A program made the translations under genes and the position numbers. This document shows positions 1 through 10,427 of a stretch of 64,000 bases of DNA, one piece after another. This DNA is from Candidatus Hermodarchaeota archaeon. Its GTDB lineage: Archaea > Asgardarchaeota > Lokiarchaeia > Sigyniarchaeales > SOKP01. The number at the start of each line of letters is the position of its first letter. Position 1 is the first letter of the stretch. Under the pieces are notes generated by a model. That model was not told the DNA's origin. It saw nothing but the letters and a program-made list of their open reading frames with translations, and ran no database searches. The stretch lies in assembly GCA_048885925.1 (NCBI GenBank), contig JBHLLG010000002.1:77569-141568 (forward strand), read 5' to 3'.

Positions 1-158
1 AAACAGAAATAAAAACCGCTGGAGGCTTATCCAAATTATTTTTTCATTGTAAAGGTATTTCAATCGAAGATGTAGAATCTCTCCTTGAAAAAGTCTGTAT
101 TGATTCCAAACTACCAGAATCAGTAAGAATTGCTCATTTAATTGGGAAAATTTTCTAA
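1..158 (+). CDS. DUF99/UPF0215 family (endonuclease V-like) protein, 3' end only
   Basis: Frame 3 is open from the window edge to TAA at 156-158 and reads ...LEKVCIDSKLPESVRIAHLIGKIF*; the LPE.vR.AHLI C-terminal motif is typical of DUF99. Not in the ORF track. Confidence 0.7.
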   Translation, partial: TEIKTAGGLSKLFFHCKGISIEDVESLLEKVCIDSKLPESVRIAHLIGKIF

Positions 159-173
159 TATACAATTGTTCTA

Positions 174-644
174 TTAATCTGTTTCGACTTCATATTCTAG
201 GATTTCACGAATTCTATCACGTAAGTCAAATCTTATAGCAGACATTCCATATGTGGTAATCCCTAATTTTTTTTGAACTGTTTTTGCTTTTAAAGCACCA
301 GGAAGATCTTGTTTATTAGCTATAGCAATAATCTTGGTATTCATATATCGCGAAAACTTCTTATAAATCTCCTTAGTCTTTTCTATGTTATCTTCAGTCG
401 AATCGCATACCAAAACTGTTAATCCTGCTCCTCTTAAAAAATCCTGCCACATGAAATGATAACGTTCTTGTCCCCCAAAATCCCAAATATTAACCTTTTT
501 TCCATTAAGTTTAGAATTCTCAATCTCTAATCCTACTGTTGGTGTTGTTTCATTTGGTATTTCTCGTCCTTGAAGTAAAGATACTAATGATGATTTCCCA
601 ACACTGCTCAACCCTAAAAAACAAATTTTGGTTTTAGTCGAAAG
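174..644 (-). CDS. Arf/Rab-like small GTPase; N-terminus extended to a non-canonical start (CTT 644 or GTT 647)
   Basis: Motifs G1 GLSSVGKS, G2 PTVG, G3 DFGGQ, G4 NKQD, G5 SA. The track start (TTG 611) falls inside G1. The upstream in-frame sequence reads LSTKTKICFLG and is bounded by TGA at 654-656. Confidence 0.85.
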   Translation of the reverse strand, partial: LSTKTKICFLGLSSVGKSSLVSLLQGREIPNETTPTVGLEIENSKLNGKKVNIWDFGGQERYHFMWQDFLRGAGLTVLVCDSTEDNIEKTKEIYKKFSRYMNTKIIAIANKQDLPGALKAKTVQKKLGITTYGMSAIRFDLRDRIREILEYEVETD

Positions 645-902
645 AACCTCAAATCAACCTTTTCTAAATAAACCTTTTTATGTAGAAAAGGCAAATAAAG
701 CTTCAAAAAAGAAAATAATATTCGTATATCATGGGAATATTCCAATAGAATTTAATAATAGTTGAATTTTAAATTTAAAATTTAAAAAAAAAATTCTAAT
801 TTGAACATAAAAATCCTAATTAGATTAACTTTATAAACTATTTTAAAAAAATAATCAAATTAAAATAAGAATATAAGAAAAAATTTCTAAAATAGAGTTT
901 TT

Positions 903-2195
903 TTATGATCCAGTCTCAATTTCTTTGACTATACCTACTGCTACGGTTCTGCCCATATCTCGTACAGCAAATCGACCCATTTCTGGAAATGCTTCATACT
1001 TTTCGAGACACATTTTCTTGATAGGTATTAACTCCACAAGAGCAGATTCATTTTTCTTGAGAAACTTTGGTGAATCCTCAATCACGGCACCAGTCTTTTG
1101 ATCCATCTTTTTAAGCAAGCTGGAAAATTTAGCAGCAACTTGTGCTGTATGAGCATGAATTACAGGAGTATAACCTTGTGCAATCGCAGTAGGATGCCAA
1201 ATTACTATAATCTGCCCAGTCCATTTACCATTTGGGTTGATTACAGTTGGTGGGTCGCTTGGATGGCCAAGACAATCGCCACGGCTAGCATCTGCCATTG
1301 TAATACCTCTAATACTGAATCCTACGTTGTCTCCGGGAATAGCTTGTGGAATTTCTTCATGATGCATTTCTATAGATCGTACTTCTCCTTGGAAACCAGT
1401 GGGCATTATAATAATCTTATCTCCTTTCTTTAAAATTCCAGTTTCTACTCTACCAACAGGAACGACTCCAGTTCCTTTGATTCTATAAGAGTCCTGGATA
1501 GGGAGTCTTAACGGTTTGCCAGTAGGTTTCTCAGGAAGAACAAATTGATCAATTGCATCAATCAACGTTGGACCATCATACCATGGCATTTTGTCGCTTT
1601 TCTTTGAGAGATTTTGCATCTGCATACCTGAACAGGGAACAAAAGGCACATCCTTGAGCTTGAAACCAATATTTTTTAGAAGATCTCCGACAGCTTCTTT
1701 AACTTCATTATATCTTGCCTCAGAATAATCATACACATCAGCTTTATTAACTGCTACAACAATTTGTTTTACGCCTAAAGTTTGAGCCAGATATGCATGT
1801 TCCCGAGTCTGCCCATTAGCGGCGATTCCAACCTCCATCTCACCTTTCTTACCGGAAACAACTAAGATTGCTGCGTCAGCCTGGCTTGCGCCGGTTATCA
1901 TGTTCTTAACAAAATCCGCGTGGCCTGGTGCATCGATTATTGTGAAGTATTTTGATTTAGTTTCAAATTTTCGAAATGCAAGATCGATAGTGATACCTCG
2001 TTGTCTTTCTTCTTTTAATCTATCAAAAACAAAGGCATATGACCATGATTCTCGATCGTATTCTTTCGCAAGTTTTTCTAACTCACGAGCTTCTCTGTCT
2101 GTTACAGCGCCAGTTTCGATTAGTAAAGCACCCATCATGGTACTTTTACCGTGGTCAATGTGCCCTATTATCACAAGATTTAAATGCTCTTTCAT
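903..2195 (-). CDS. tuf: Translation elongation factor EF-1 alpha
   Basis: GHIDHGKST, ERQRGITID, DAPGH, NKAD, GRFAVRDMG motifs; ATG at 2195. Confidence 0.98.
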   Translation of the reverse strand: MKEHLNLVIIGHIDHGKSTMMGALLIETGAVTDREARELEKLAKEYDRESWSYAFVFDRLKEERQRGITIDLAFRKFETKSKYFTIIDAPGHADFVKNMITGASQADAAILVVSGKKGEMEVGIAANGQTREHAYLAQTLGVKQIVVAVNKADVYDYSEARYNEVKEAVGDLLKNIGFKLKDVPFVPCSGMQMQNLSKKSDKMPWYDGPTLIDAIDQFVLPEKPTGKPLRLPIQDSYRIKGTGVVPVGRVETGILKKGDKIIIMPTGFQGEVRSIEMHHEEIPQAIPGDNVGFSIRGITMADASRGDCLGHPSDPPTVINPNGKWTGQIIVIWHPTAIAQGYTPVIHAHTAQVAAKFSSLLKKMDQKTGAVIEDSPKFLKKNESALVELIPIKKMCLEKYEAFPEMGRFAVRDMGRTVAVGIVKEIETGS

Positions 2196-2387
2196 CAATT
2201 TTCATCAATTTCCTTTATTTTTAATTTGTAATGTTTATAAATATTTAATATCAATAATAATTATTTTTATTAGATGTTAATTTTAAATGTTGTTGAATTT
2301 ATATTTTTTACTATATTTAAGCGTAATTATCTTGTATAAATAAGTATCGTTATAAATTTGTGGAAGATTATCTGAGATGCCTTATCT

Positions 2388-2403
2388 AACTTCAAGTGAA
2401 GTT
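2388..2403. promoter_or_regulatory. Palindrome AACTTCA-AG-TGAAGTT between divergent tuf and aor; candidate operator
   Basis: Perfect 7-bp inverted repeat with a 2-nt spacer in an AT-rich intergenic region. Confidence 0.3.
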
Positions 2404-2573
2404 CAACATTTTAAACTATATATTGGTCAAAATCATAAATTGTAATATTCTAGATAAAAAAGTAGTAAAAACGCAATATTTAGAATAAAGAATTTAGAAT
2501 CAAATAAGAAATATAAATGAGATGAAATTTAGCATTATAACAATCAGAATTATTTAAAGATTAAGGTTTTTAT

Positions 2574-4439
2574 ATGGTAAATGGCTATACTGGCAATATT
2601 CTTAGGGTAAATTTGACAGAAGAAAAAATCTCAATTGAAAATCCTGATGAAATTTTTTACCGACGTTATATTGGTGGTGAAGGTTTTGTTGCTTATTATC
2701 TTCTTAAAGAGTTAGAGCCTAAAATAGACCCCCTTAGTCCTAAGAATAAGTTAATTTTTGCTAATGGTCCCTTGACTGGATTTGCGATCCCTGGTACAGG
2801 TCGAAATAGTGTAGGTGCTAAATCGCCTTTAACAGGTGGATTTGGTGAAGCAGAAGTTGGAGGACATTGGGGCGCAGAGTTGAAACACGCTGGATTTGAT
2901 GCGATAATATTTGAGGGTAAAGCAGAGAATCCAGTTTATCTTTGGGTTCACGATGGAGAAGCTGAGATAAAGGATGCAACTTATCTTTGGGGTAAAATTA
3001 CTGGCGAAGCAGAAGAACTTATTAAGAAAGAACTGGATGATAAATTTATTCGTGTAGCTCAAATTGGTCCAGGAGGAGAACGTTTAGTTCGTTATGCGTG
3101 TGTTATTAATGATTTAAGAAATGCTGCGGGGCGTGGGGGAATGGGTGCTGTAATGGGATCTAAAAATCTAAAAGCTGTGGTAGTTAGAGGACATAAAAGA
3201 CTTGAAGTAAAAGATAAAAAAAAAATGAGGAGACTAATAAAGGAGTATTATGATGTAGCGTATAAGCCATATGCAAGTTATTTTGAGCATGGTACAGGAG
3301 GAGGAATGATGGAGAGGTTTGCAGAATCAGGAAATCTTCCGATAAGAAATTTTAGAGATGGTAATTTTTTGGGGGCCAAATCGTTAGATCCAAGTATTAC
3401 GAAAGAAGAAATAAACCTTAAGATGAATGCTTGTTATGCATGTTCGCTTCGATGTAAGAAAGTTGTAGAAATTAGAGAACCATGGAATGTTGATCCTATG
3501 TATGGTGGTCCTGAATATGAATCTATAGCTGCTTTTGGATCAAATTGCGGAATAGATGATATGAAAGCTGTTTGTAAAGCAAATGAGCTATGTAATAAAT
3601 ATTCATTAGATACTATATCTACTGGAGTTTCCATTGGGTTTGGGATGGAATGTTATGAGAATGGAATTTTGTCTGATAAAGATACTAATGGAATAAAATT
3701 AAATTTCGGAAATGCTGAAGCTATGATCCAAATGGTTGAAATGATTGCTAAGCGTGAAGGTTTAGGTGATATTTTAGCTGAGGGTGTAAGAAGGGCAGCT
3801 GAAAAGATTAAAAATGGATCCGAAGAATTTGCAATGCATGTTAAAGGACAGGAGATTCCTATGCATGAACCTCGCTTAAAAAAAGGATTGGGGGTTGGTT
3901 ATACAATTTCACCTACGGGTGCGGAACATATGGCAAACATGCATGATACATCTTTTGCAAGTGAAAGAGCAATAGGCACTCATAGTGCTATAGGTATTTT
4001 GGAACCTCTTGAGCCAGATGATCTAAGTGCAAAAAAAATTCGCATTTTAACTTATTTTACTAATTGGCAAAATTTATCCAATGCATTATTGATATGTTAC
4101 TTTTTACCTTGGGATTATGTTGATATTCCAGAAATGGTTAGAGCTGTAACAGGATGGTATACTTCAGCGTGGGAATTAATGAAAGTAGGTGAGAGAATTA
4201 CAACTATGGCAAGAGTTTTTAATATAAGAGAGGGATTTACAGATAAAGATGATTGGTTGCCTAAAAGATTTTTCAAGCCGACTACTTCAGGAGCTCTTGT
4301 AGACACTCAAATTAATTCAGAAGAATTAAAATATGCAATCAATATATATTATAAAATGATGGGCTGGAGTGATAAGGGTGTACCCACAAAAGTTAAGTTA
4401 GAAGAATTAGATATAAATTGGCTTTCTAAATACCTCTGA
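2574..4439 (+). CDS. aor: Tungsten-containing aldehyde:ferredoxin oxidoreductase family protein
   Basis: GYTGNILRVNLT N-terminus, KSPLTGG, GRGGMGAVMGSKNLKA, CxxCxxxC 4Fe-4S motif, GPEYE, LDTIS. Confidence 0.95.
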   Translation: MVNGYTGNILRVNLTEEKISIENPDEIFYRRYIGGEGFVAYYLLKELEPKIDPLSPKNKLIFANGPLTGFAIPGTGRNSVGAKSPLTGGFGEAEVGGHWGAELKHAGFDAIIFEGKAENPVYLWVHDGEAEIKDATYLWGKITGEAEELIKKELDDKFIRVAQIGPGGERLVRYACVINDLRNAAGRGGMGAVMGSKNLKAVVVRGHKRLEVKDKKKMRRLIKEYYDVAYKPYASYFEHGTGGGMMERFAESGNLPIRNFRDGNFLGAKSLDPSITKEEINLKMNACYACSLRCKKVVEIREPWNVDPMYGGPEYESIAAFGSNCGIDDMKAVCKANELCNKYSLDTISTGVSIGFGMECYENGILSDKDTNGIKLNFGNAEAMIQMVEMIAKREGLGDILAEGVRRAAEKIKNGSEEFAMHVKGQEIPMHEPRLKKGLGVGYTISPTGAEHMANMHDTSFASERAIGTHSAIGILEPLEPDDLSAKKIRILTYFTNWQNLSNALLICYFLPWDYVDIPEMVRAVTGWYTSAWELMKVGERITTMARVFNIREGFTDKDDWLPKRFFKPTTSGALVDTQINSEELKYAINIYYKMMGWSDKGVPTKVKLEELDINWLSKYL

Positions 4440-4491
4440 ATTACGAATTTTCTTAAATAAAGCACAATATTTTTCTTATTTATTATTTTTT

Positions 4492-4944
4492 TTATGTTTC
4501 CAAATTAGAGAAATATTCCCCTTTTAAATCATAAAATAATTCTTCCCTATTTTCTCTTATCAATTGAAAGATTTCATCCATTTCTGTCTTAAAATTGTAA
4601 ATATTTCCTAAAGAATCAGAGATCTCTTCTATAGCTTTATCACTTTTAAATTTTTGAAATACTAATTCAAGATCATAAATATTGACGGAAGTCTCTTTAA
4701 AAAAGTCTAAAAGATGGTGCAAATAAAGCGCTTTAATATAACTTTTCTTAAGTTTATTTTTTTCATTAAAATATTTTAATTGTTGAACAAAGATGCTATC
4801 ATTATTTTTTTCAAAATCTATGATATTATCTCTATAAAATGTCCAATTAAAACCATAATCTAAAGCAATATTTACAATATTTGCTACATCTTCATTAATA
4901 CCCGCTTTTTTCGCCCATTTGATATGAATTAACCAATTGGGAAT
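4492..4944 (-). CDS. Hypothetical protein of 150 aa (xPNWLIHIKWA...LHHLLD, possibly metal-binding); probable ATT start
   Basis: The frame is open from ATT at 4944 (in-frame TGA two codons upstream) to the stop at 4492; the track shows only the last 76 aa. SD-like AAAAGTGA lies 6 nt before the ATT. Confidence 0.7.
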   Translation of the reverse strand: MPNWLIHIKWAKKAGINEDVANIVNIALDYGFNWTFYRDNIIDFEKNNDSIFVQQLKYFNEKNKLKKSYIKALYLHHLLDFFKETSVNIYDLELVFQKFKSDKAIEEISDSLGNIYNFKTEMDEIFQLIRENREELFYDLKGEYFSNLET

Positions 4945-5064
4945 TTTTAATCACTTTTCATTTATGTATTTTATTTTAAGATAAAAAAAAATAAAAAATC
5001 ATAGAATATTAAATTAAATTAAGAAATAAAAAAAAAAATAATTAATACCCGAGTTATCAATACC

Positions 5065-5883
5065 ATGGTAAAGAGCAAAACAAAATTCCCAAGAGAAGGA
5101 GAGTTTGTTATTGCTAAAGTAACAGAGATACAAGATCAGTATGTGTACGTAGATTTAATTGATTATGAAGGTTTGGAGTCAGAACAATGCGCAAAAGGTA
5201 TGATACATGTATCAGAAATAAGTTCACGCTGGATTAAAAATATTCGCAATTATGTTCGAGTTGCTCAAAGAATTGTTCTAAGAGTATTGAGAGTAGATCC
5301 AATTAAAGGTCACATTGACCTATCATTAAGGCGAGTCAACTCTGCTCAAAGAGAGATTCGCCTTAAGGAATGGAAATATGCTTTAAAATTAGAAAATTTA
5401 CTACAATTCCTTCTAGACACAGAAGTTATTGATATGACTCTTGATGAAGCATACAATTTAATAGGCTTTCCTGTCTTAGAAGAATTTGATTCTTATCAAG
5501 AAGCAATTGAAAGTCTGAAAGAGAATGGAGAAGAAATACTCGCTGATTTAGAAATATCAGATGATATCATAAGTGTTTTTTTGAAAATAATAGATGAAAA
5601 TGTAAAAATTTCAACGGTAAGTATTAGCGGTAAAATTAAATTAACATTCAATTCAGCAAATGGGATAGATCAAATAAAAGAATCATTAATAGAAGCGTCC
5701 AAAGTAATCAAACCGAAAAAAACAAGAAATATTGCTATTCATTATATTGCAGCACCCTTTTATAGGTTAGAGGTAGTTTCAAAAGATTATTTAGATGCCG
5801 AAAACATTTTAGCAGATGCATTAGAAATAATTGAACATAAAGCTCAAAAATATGGTGGAACTTATGAATTTATTCGAGATTAA
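5065..5883 (+). CDS. eif2a: Translation initiation factor 2 alpha subunit
   Basis: FPREGE S1 domain, SEISSRWIKNIR, GHIDLSLRRV, AAPFYRL. Confidence 0.96.
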   Translation: MVKSKTKFPREGEFVIAKVTEIQDQYVYVDLIDYEGLESEQCAKGMIHVSEISSRWIKNIRNYVRVAQRIVLRVLRVDPIKGHIDLSLRRVNSAQREIRLKEWKYALKLENLLQFLLDTEVIDMTLDEAYNLIGFPVLEEFDSYQEAIESLKENGEEILADLEISDDIISVFLKIIDENVKISTVSISGKIKLTFNSANGIDQIKESLIEASKVIKPKKTRNIAIHYIAAPFYRLEVVSKDYLDAENILADALEIIEHKAQKYGGTYEFIRD

Positions 5884-5907
5884 TATATTAAATAAAAAGT
5901 TATAAAA

Positions 5908-6099
5908 ATGACTAAATACCTTCAAAAATGTAAAGAATGTAATAGATATAGTTTATATAAACCCGATTTGAAATGTCGCTATTGCGGTGGACAATTAATA
6001 AACCCAAAACCTCCTAAATTTTCTTTAACAGATAAATACGCGAAATATCGATTACAATATTTTAAAGAAGAATTTGATAAGAAGGTTAAAAAAGACTAG
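5908..6099 (+). CDS. nop10: H/ACA RNP protein Nop10
   Basis: CxxC..CxxCGG, PPKFSLTDKYAKYR; directly downstream of eIF2alpha. Confidence 0.93.
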   Translation: MTKYLQKCKECNRYSLYKPDLKCRYCGGQLINPKPPKFSLTDKYAKYRLQYFKEEFDKKVKKD

Positions 6100-6761
6100 G
6101 AGATATCAATTTTTTCAGCAAATTTTTCCATAATAAGGATATTTGCGTTTTGTTGAGGTAAATTCGCAATATCTTCTTTTTCGAAAGGTCCATAATTTAT
6201 AAGATCAATACCTACTAAAGGAGGGGTATTTTTCAAAAATCTAATTGGTATATAACTAATCTTTTCTTTCTTAATTTTAACCTCAGGCTTAGAAATCACA
6301 GATAATTGTTCCTTACTTGAACTTGGAATATCATCAGCAGAGGATTTTATATCAACTGTACTTTTAATTATTTCTTCAAATAGTTCTTGATCCTCTTCAT
6401 ACAATGAAACAGCCTTTACTTTCTGATATCCTTTGATAGAACTTACAATATTTTGATATAGCAATTTTTCAGTTTCGAGAAGATTATCTAAATTGATTTC
6501 CTCAAGAGCTAATGCGGAATTTATTATTTTAATTTCCCGAATCTTCAAAAAATCATTAAATAAAAAATTCAAGTTATCCTTATATACTCGGATTATACTT
6601 TCCTTTAATTCATTCTTATCATTTTCCTGATAATCATTAATAAAATTACAAGAAGTCTTATATTCCTTAAAGAGTTTTTGAGTTAACTCAGTTAATTCTG
6701 GATTTTGGAATTCTTTAAGCCAATGTTCATAAAGTTTCTCATATTCTTTTGGTAAATCCAT
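6096..6761 (-). CDS. GINS complex subunit Gins51 (Gins15)
   Basis: LKIREIKII A-domain and C-terminal B-domain PPLVGIDLINYGPFEKEDIANLP; follows priS. Confidence 0.88.
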   Translation of the reverse strand: MDLPKEYEKLYEHWLKEFQNPELTELTQKLFKEYKTSCNFINDYQENDKNELKESIIRVYKDNLNFLFNDFLKIREIKIINSALALEEINLDNLLETEKLLYQNIVSSIKGYQKVKAVSLYEEDQELFEEIIKSTVDIKSSADDIPSSSKEQLSVISKPEVKIKKEKISYIPIRFLKNTPPLVGIDLINYGPFEKEDIANLPQQNANILIMEKFAEKIDIS

Positions 6762-6821
6762 AAATATCGAATTTGTAATTTAATATATTAAAAAAGTGTT
6801 CTTAAGTTTAAATTTTTTAAC

Positions 6822-8099
6822 TTATATGGTTTTAGCAACTTCTTTACACAATAAAAACACCGCAAAATGGTGAGGGACTTCTATTTTTTGTCCCTTTTTG
6901 TAAGGTCCATAAGTTTCACCCTTAATTTTTGTTATAGGAACTAAATTTTCAATGATTTCTAACTTTTGAGAGACTTCTTTTTCACTTTGAAATACAATGG
7001 GATCTAAAAGTGCATTCCCCTCATCTAAGGGATGAAAATTATCAAGATCATCGGGAAAAAGTTCTTGAACTTTAAAACCCGTTTTCCCATGTAACGAACC
7101 TGGATATCTAATAAGTCTGTGAATATCAATTGTAACTGGCTCATCAATTTTGGCACCAATTTCACTAATAATTCCATTTAAGAATAAAGACCAGTTTTTA
7201 ATTCCAAAACCTTCTACGTTCCATACATTATAGTTATTTTGTGAGATAGATTGTAAAAAGTCATCCTTAGAATTTAAAAAACTCTTAATTGTATCTGTTT
7301 TCAATCCAAACTTAGTTAATATTGATCGGATTTTATCATCTGGATATTTTTGTAAAAGTTCAATAATTTGATTCATAATTTTTTGAGACCATCCAATATT
7401 GTTTTCCAATAAACCGTAAATCACATTATTGAATTGTCTTAATCCTAAAATTTCAAGAGAAATATTACTTCCCGATACATAGCTAGCAATTTCTCTCCTT
7501 TCTTCACCCGTTAGAGTTCTCACGTCTTCATTTTCTATTTTTAAATGGTACCCACGATGTCCTGAAAATGCAATTTTCATCTGTTCTAAAGAAATTCCAA
7601 AATCCGGAATTAAAAACTTGTAAATTAATTTCATTAATTGATTTTTTGCAATTCCTAAACAATCCTCGCAAATCCAAGTTAATGATTTAAGTTTTAAACT
7701 TTTGCAACTTGGACACTTTTTTACCATTCCTGTACCTGATTCACCACAGTCTACACAATTCCAAAGATCATGTTCATTTTTACAAGGAGTATAAAAGTGG
7801 TCTACATCAATATCAAATATGAGATCACAACCTTGATATTCTTTATTGCTCATATCTGGATTATCTGGTTGTAGATAAATAGATCCACTTGAATAAATAT
7901 GCTTAGGTCCTTCATTAATCAAATATTTTTTCAGATTATCAGGATCTTTAAAACTGATATGTCTTTTCATAATTGTTTGCTTATCCCAAGGAATAAAACC
8001 GAATTCTCGTTTATTGAATAAATTTACTGAAGTAATTTCTGTTCTTTTTTCTTTATAATATGCTTGAAATAACTTTTTTAAATAAGATATATTACTCAT
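6822..8099 (-). CDS. priS: DNA primase small (catalytic) subunit
   Basis: REFGF, DLIFDIDVD, FSGHRGYH, IDEPVTIDIHRLIRYPGSLH; zinc-knuckle insertion; likely ATG at 8099. Confidence 0.95.
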   Translation of the reverse strand: MSNISYLKKLFQAYYKEKRTEITSVNLFNKREFGFIPWDKQTIMKRHISFKDPDNLKKYLINEGPKHIYSSGSIYLQPDNPDMSNKEYQGCDLIFDIDVDHFYTPCKNEHDLWNCVDCGESGTGMVKKCPSCKSLKLKSLTWICEDCLGIAKNQLMKLIYKFLIPDFGISLEQMKIAFSGHRGYHLKIENEDVRTLTGEERREIASYVSGSNISLEILGLRQFNNVIYGLLENNIGWSQKIMNQIIELLQKYPDDKIRSILTKFGLKTDTIKSFLNSKDDFLQSISQNNYNVWNVEGFGIKNWSLFLNGIISEIGAKIDEPVTIDIHRLIRYPGSLHGKTGFKVQELFPDDLDNFHPLDEGNALLDPIVFQSEKEVSQKLEIIENLVPITKIKGETYGPYKKGQKIEVPHHFAVFLLCKEVAKTI

Positions 8100-9285
8100 T
8101 TTCATTTTCTGATTTTTCATTTGTGTAATTCTTCCATTTTGAAGCTCTATATTGTTTTATTCTAGTATACGCTAAAGGATGAGCTAATTTTTTTCTTTCA
8201 CTAGGTTCCTTTGCACCATAGCCTATTAAGCACAATTCATCTTTATAATTCCCTGCCAGACATAAATTTAATGTTTTTAGCGATAAACATTTGTAGGGAG
8301 TGTACTTTTTCTTTTTAGCGAAATTGACTTGGTAGGAAGTTTTTTCTCTATCAAAATCTGGGAGTGTTGAAAACACATTTACAACCTTTTCTTCAGGATA
8401 ATCAAGAGCAAGTAAAAACCAGACTATAAAGAGTCTTTCATTATGAATTAAATTCTGACCTTCTTGCGCTTTTCTTAGAATTCCTTTAACACACGGTGGA
8501 AAAAGTGCAAAAAGATCATCCTCCTTCTCAAAATCAAGATTAAATACATATTCAAATTCTTCTTTACGTTCAGCCCATGCATTTGAAATTATATCAAATA
8601 CTTCTTTAAAATCTTTTATTTTTAAGATATTTTGTAAAAGTGCATTTAATGAAGCCTTATCATCTACTTCTTTGAGAAGGAATCTATTTCTTACATATTC
8701 TTGGATAAGTCTAATTAGTCTTTTATTTTGAATGAATACATATCCCTCTGAAAGAGAATTATGAACTAACTTCCTATAATCATCTCTTAAGTTTGCCGCA
8801 AGTTTCAAATAATCAACAAAATGAATTGTAAAATTTGTTTTAAGATTTTGATGCTGATCCTTTAAGATTATTTTACCATAATTAATAGGTATATTATAAT
8901 ATCTTATTTTTAATCCTAAATCTTGACATATATTATAAAGGGTTGAATCGTTTTTCTCATCAATCAATTCATCATAAGTTATTTTTGAATAAAGATTTGC
9001 TATTCTATTAGTAATCATTTGATTATCTAAAACATAAAGAAAGATATTTAAAAGTAAATAAACGTAAATATTTAGATTATCAGTTTTGTAATCAGTTATT
9101 CCCTCTAAATTATCAAATGCAGCTTTAAATAGATTTAAAATTCGTTCTTTGAGTTCACTACCAAAATCTTCAGAAAACGTTTCAAATGCAAACTCAACTG
9201 GGTCCTTTAAAGCAATTTCAGAATAATAGTCTTTTAAAGATGGGAGCCATGGATATTTTTTTAATAAATCAAAAGTACTACTCAT
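8092..9285 (-). CDS. priL: DNA primase large subunit
   Basis: KYPWL N-terminus, FPPCV, HNERL, PDFDREKTSYQV, Fe-S cysteines; likely ATG at 9285. Confidence 0.93.
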   Translation of the reverse strand: MSSTFDLLKKYPWLPSLKDYYSEIALKDPVEFAFETFSEDFGSELKERILNLFKAAFDNLEGITDYKTDNLNIYVYLLLNIFLYVLDNQMITNRIANLYSKITYDELIDEKNDSTLYNICQDLGLKIRYYNIPINYGKIILKDQHQNLKTNFTIHFVDYLKLAANLRDDYRKLVHNSLSEGYVFIQNKRLIRLIQEYVRNRFLLKEVDDKASLNALLQNILKIKDFKEVFDIISNAWAERKEEFEYVFNLDFEKEDDLFALFPPCVKGILRKAQEGQNLIHNERLFIVWFLLALDYPEEKVVNVFSTLPDFDREKTSYQVNFAKKKKYTPYKCLSLKTLNLCLAGNYKDELCLIGYGAKEPSERKKLAHPLAYTRIKQYRASKWKNYTNEKSENENE

Positions 9286-9440
9286 TACCTGTAAACTTTC
9301 TCTTTTTAAAGCTATTTTAACTAATTTGAATATAATGATGGAACAATTCATTAATAAATTAAGAGTAAATCAATTTACTAATAATTTTAATAAATCTATT
9401 AACAAACTAATAAATAATAAATAGTTAGAGAAGGATAGAA

Positions 9441-10244
9441 CTAAAATTCATCCATATCATCTTCATCTTCAAATTCGGCTTCTTCTACTCTTGGAGCTAA
9501 GAAGTAGCTTAATTCTCCACCCTCAAGAAGATTAAAAATCATCTTTAAAGGATGATCTGTTTTTAATGATATTTCTAATTTTTCAGTAATAGATGCTATC
9601 TTCAAAATCGCCTTTAAAAAAGTTAATGAATATGCTCCACTACTAGATTCACTAATATCATGCTCAATTAAATCATCATCACTCAAGCTATATTCCATTT
9701 CACCTATTTGACCTGTGGAATTAAATAAAAGACCTTGTCCTGCTGTTGCATTTATATTAAGGATTTCAGAATATATTTCAGCGTCTTTTATTGCTTCAAC
9801 TAAAAATTCTGGTTCAAGTACCCATTTCGCTGGATATTCAATTCTTAATAAATTGTCCATCGGGATTTCTTCAATATCAATATCTAATAATGCTAAGCTA
9901 AATGTGCGCGAACGCGACATACCTTCTCGTTGCATCTTAATTTTTATTTTTTGATCAGATTCATTGAAATCGATTTCAACTGAATCATTGGCAGCACTTC
10001 TTTTTAAAATTTTATCTAGATCATCTAAATTTAATCCAACTTTGGATTCTTTATCGCATTGGTAATCGTCAAAATTTTCCTTCTTAATTGATAGTTTAAG
10101 TAAACAAATTCTTGAGGGATCCATAGCACTTATAGTAAATTCTTTAGGAGTAACTCGGAATTCTGTTTCATCAATGATACTCGCAAGGGTTTCGACAATT
10201 CCTTTTAAAATCCGACTATTTTCTAATTTTAATGTAAAACTCAT
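9441..10244 (-). CDS. pcn: DNA polymerase sliding clamp PCNA
   Basis: AMDPSRICL, YFLAPRVE, acidic C-terminal tail. Confidence 0.96.
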   Translation of the reverse strand: MSFTLKLENSRILKGIVETLASIIDETEFRVTPKEFTISAMDPSRICLLKLSIKKENFDDYQCDKESKVGLNLDDLDKILKRSAANDSVEIDFNESDQKIKIKMQREGMSRSRTFSLALLDIDIEEIPMDNLLRIEYPAKWVLEPEFLVEAIKDAEIYSEILNINATAGQGLLFNSTGQIGEMEYSLSDDDLIEHDISESSSGAYSLTFLKAILKIASITEKLEISLKTDHPLKMIFNLLEGGELSYFLAPRVEEAEFEDEDDMDEF

Positions 10245-10427
10245 AATCTTTCAGTATATTTATTCCATTATAATTAAGATAATATAGTTTGATTCGCATT
10301 ATTAATAATGTTTGATATTAGTATTTTAATAATGCCAATTTTAGATATTAAATTAATTATTTATACTTATCTTAAATTTTCAAACTTGTATTTATTAAGT
10401 AATTATATGATTTTTATTTAAAAAAAA

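Noticed and set aside
1098-2280. Plus-strand ORFs 1098-1433, 1900-2280 and 2039-2224
   Set aside because: Antisense shadows of EF-1alpha with no recognisable motifs.
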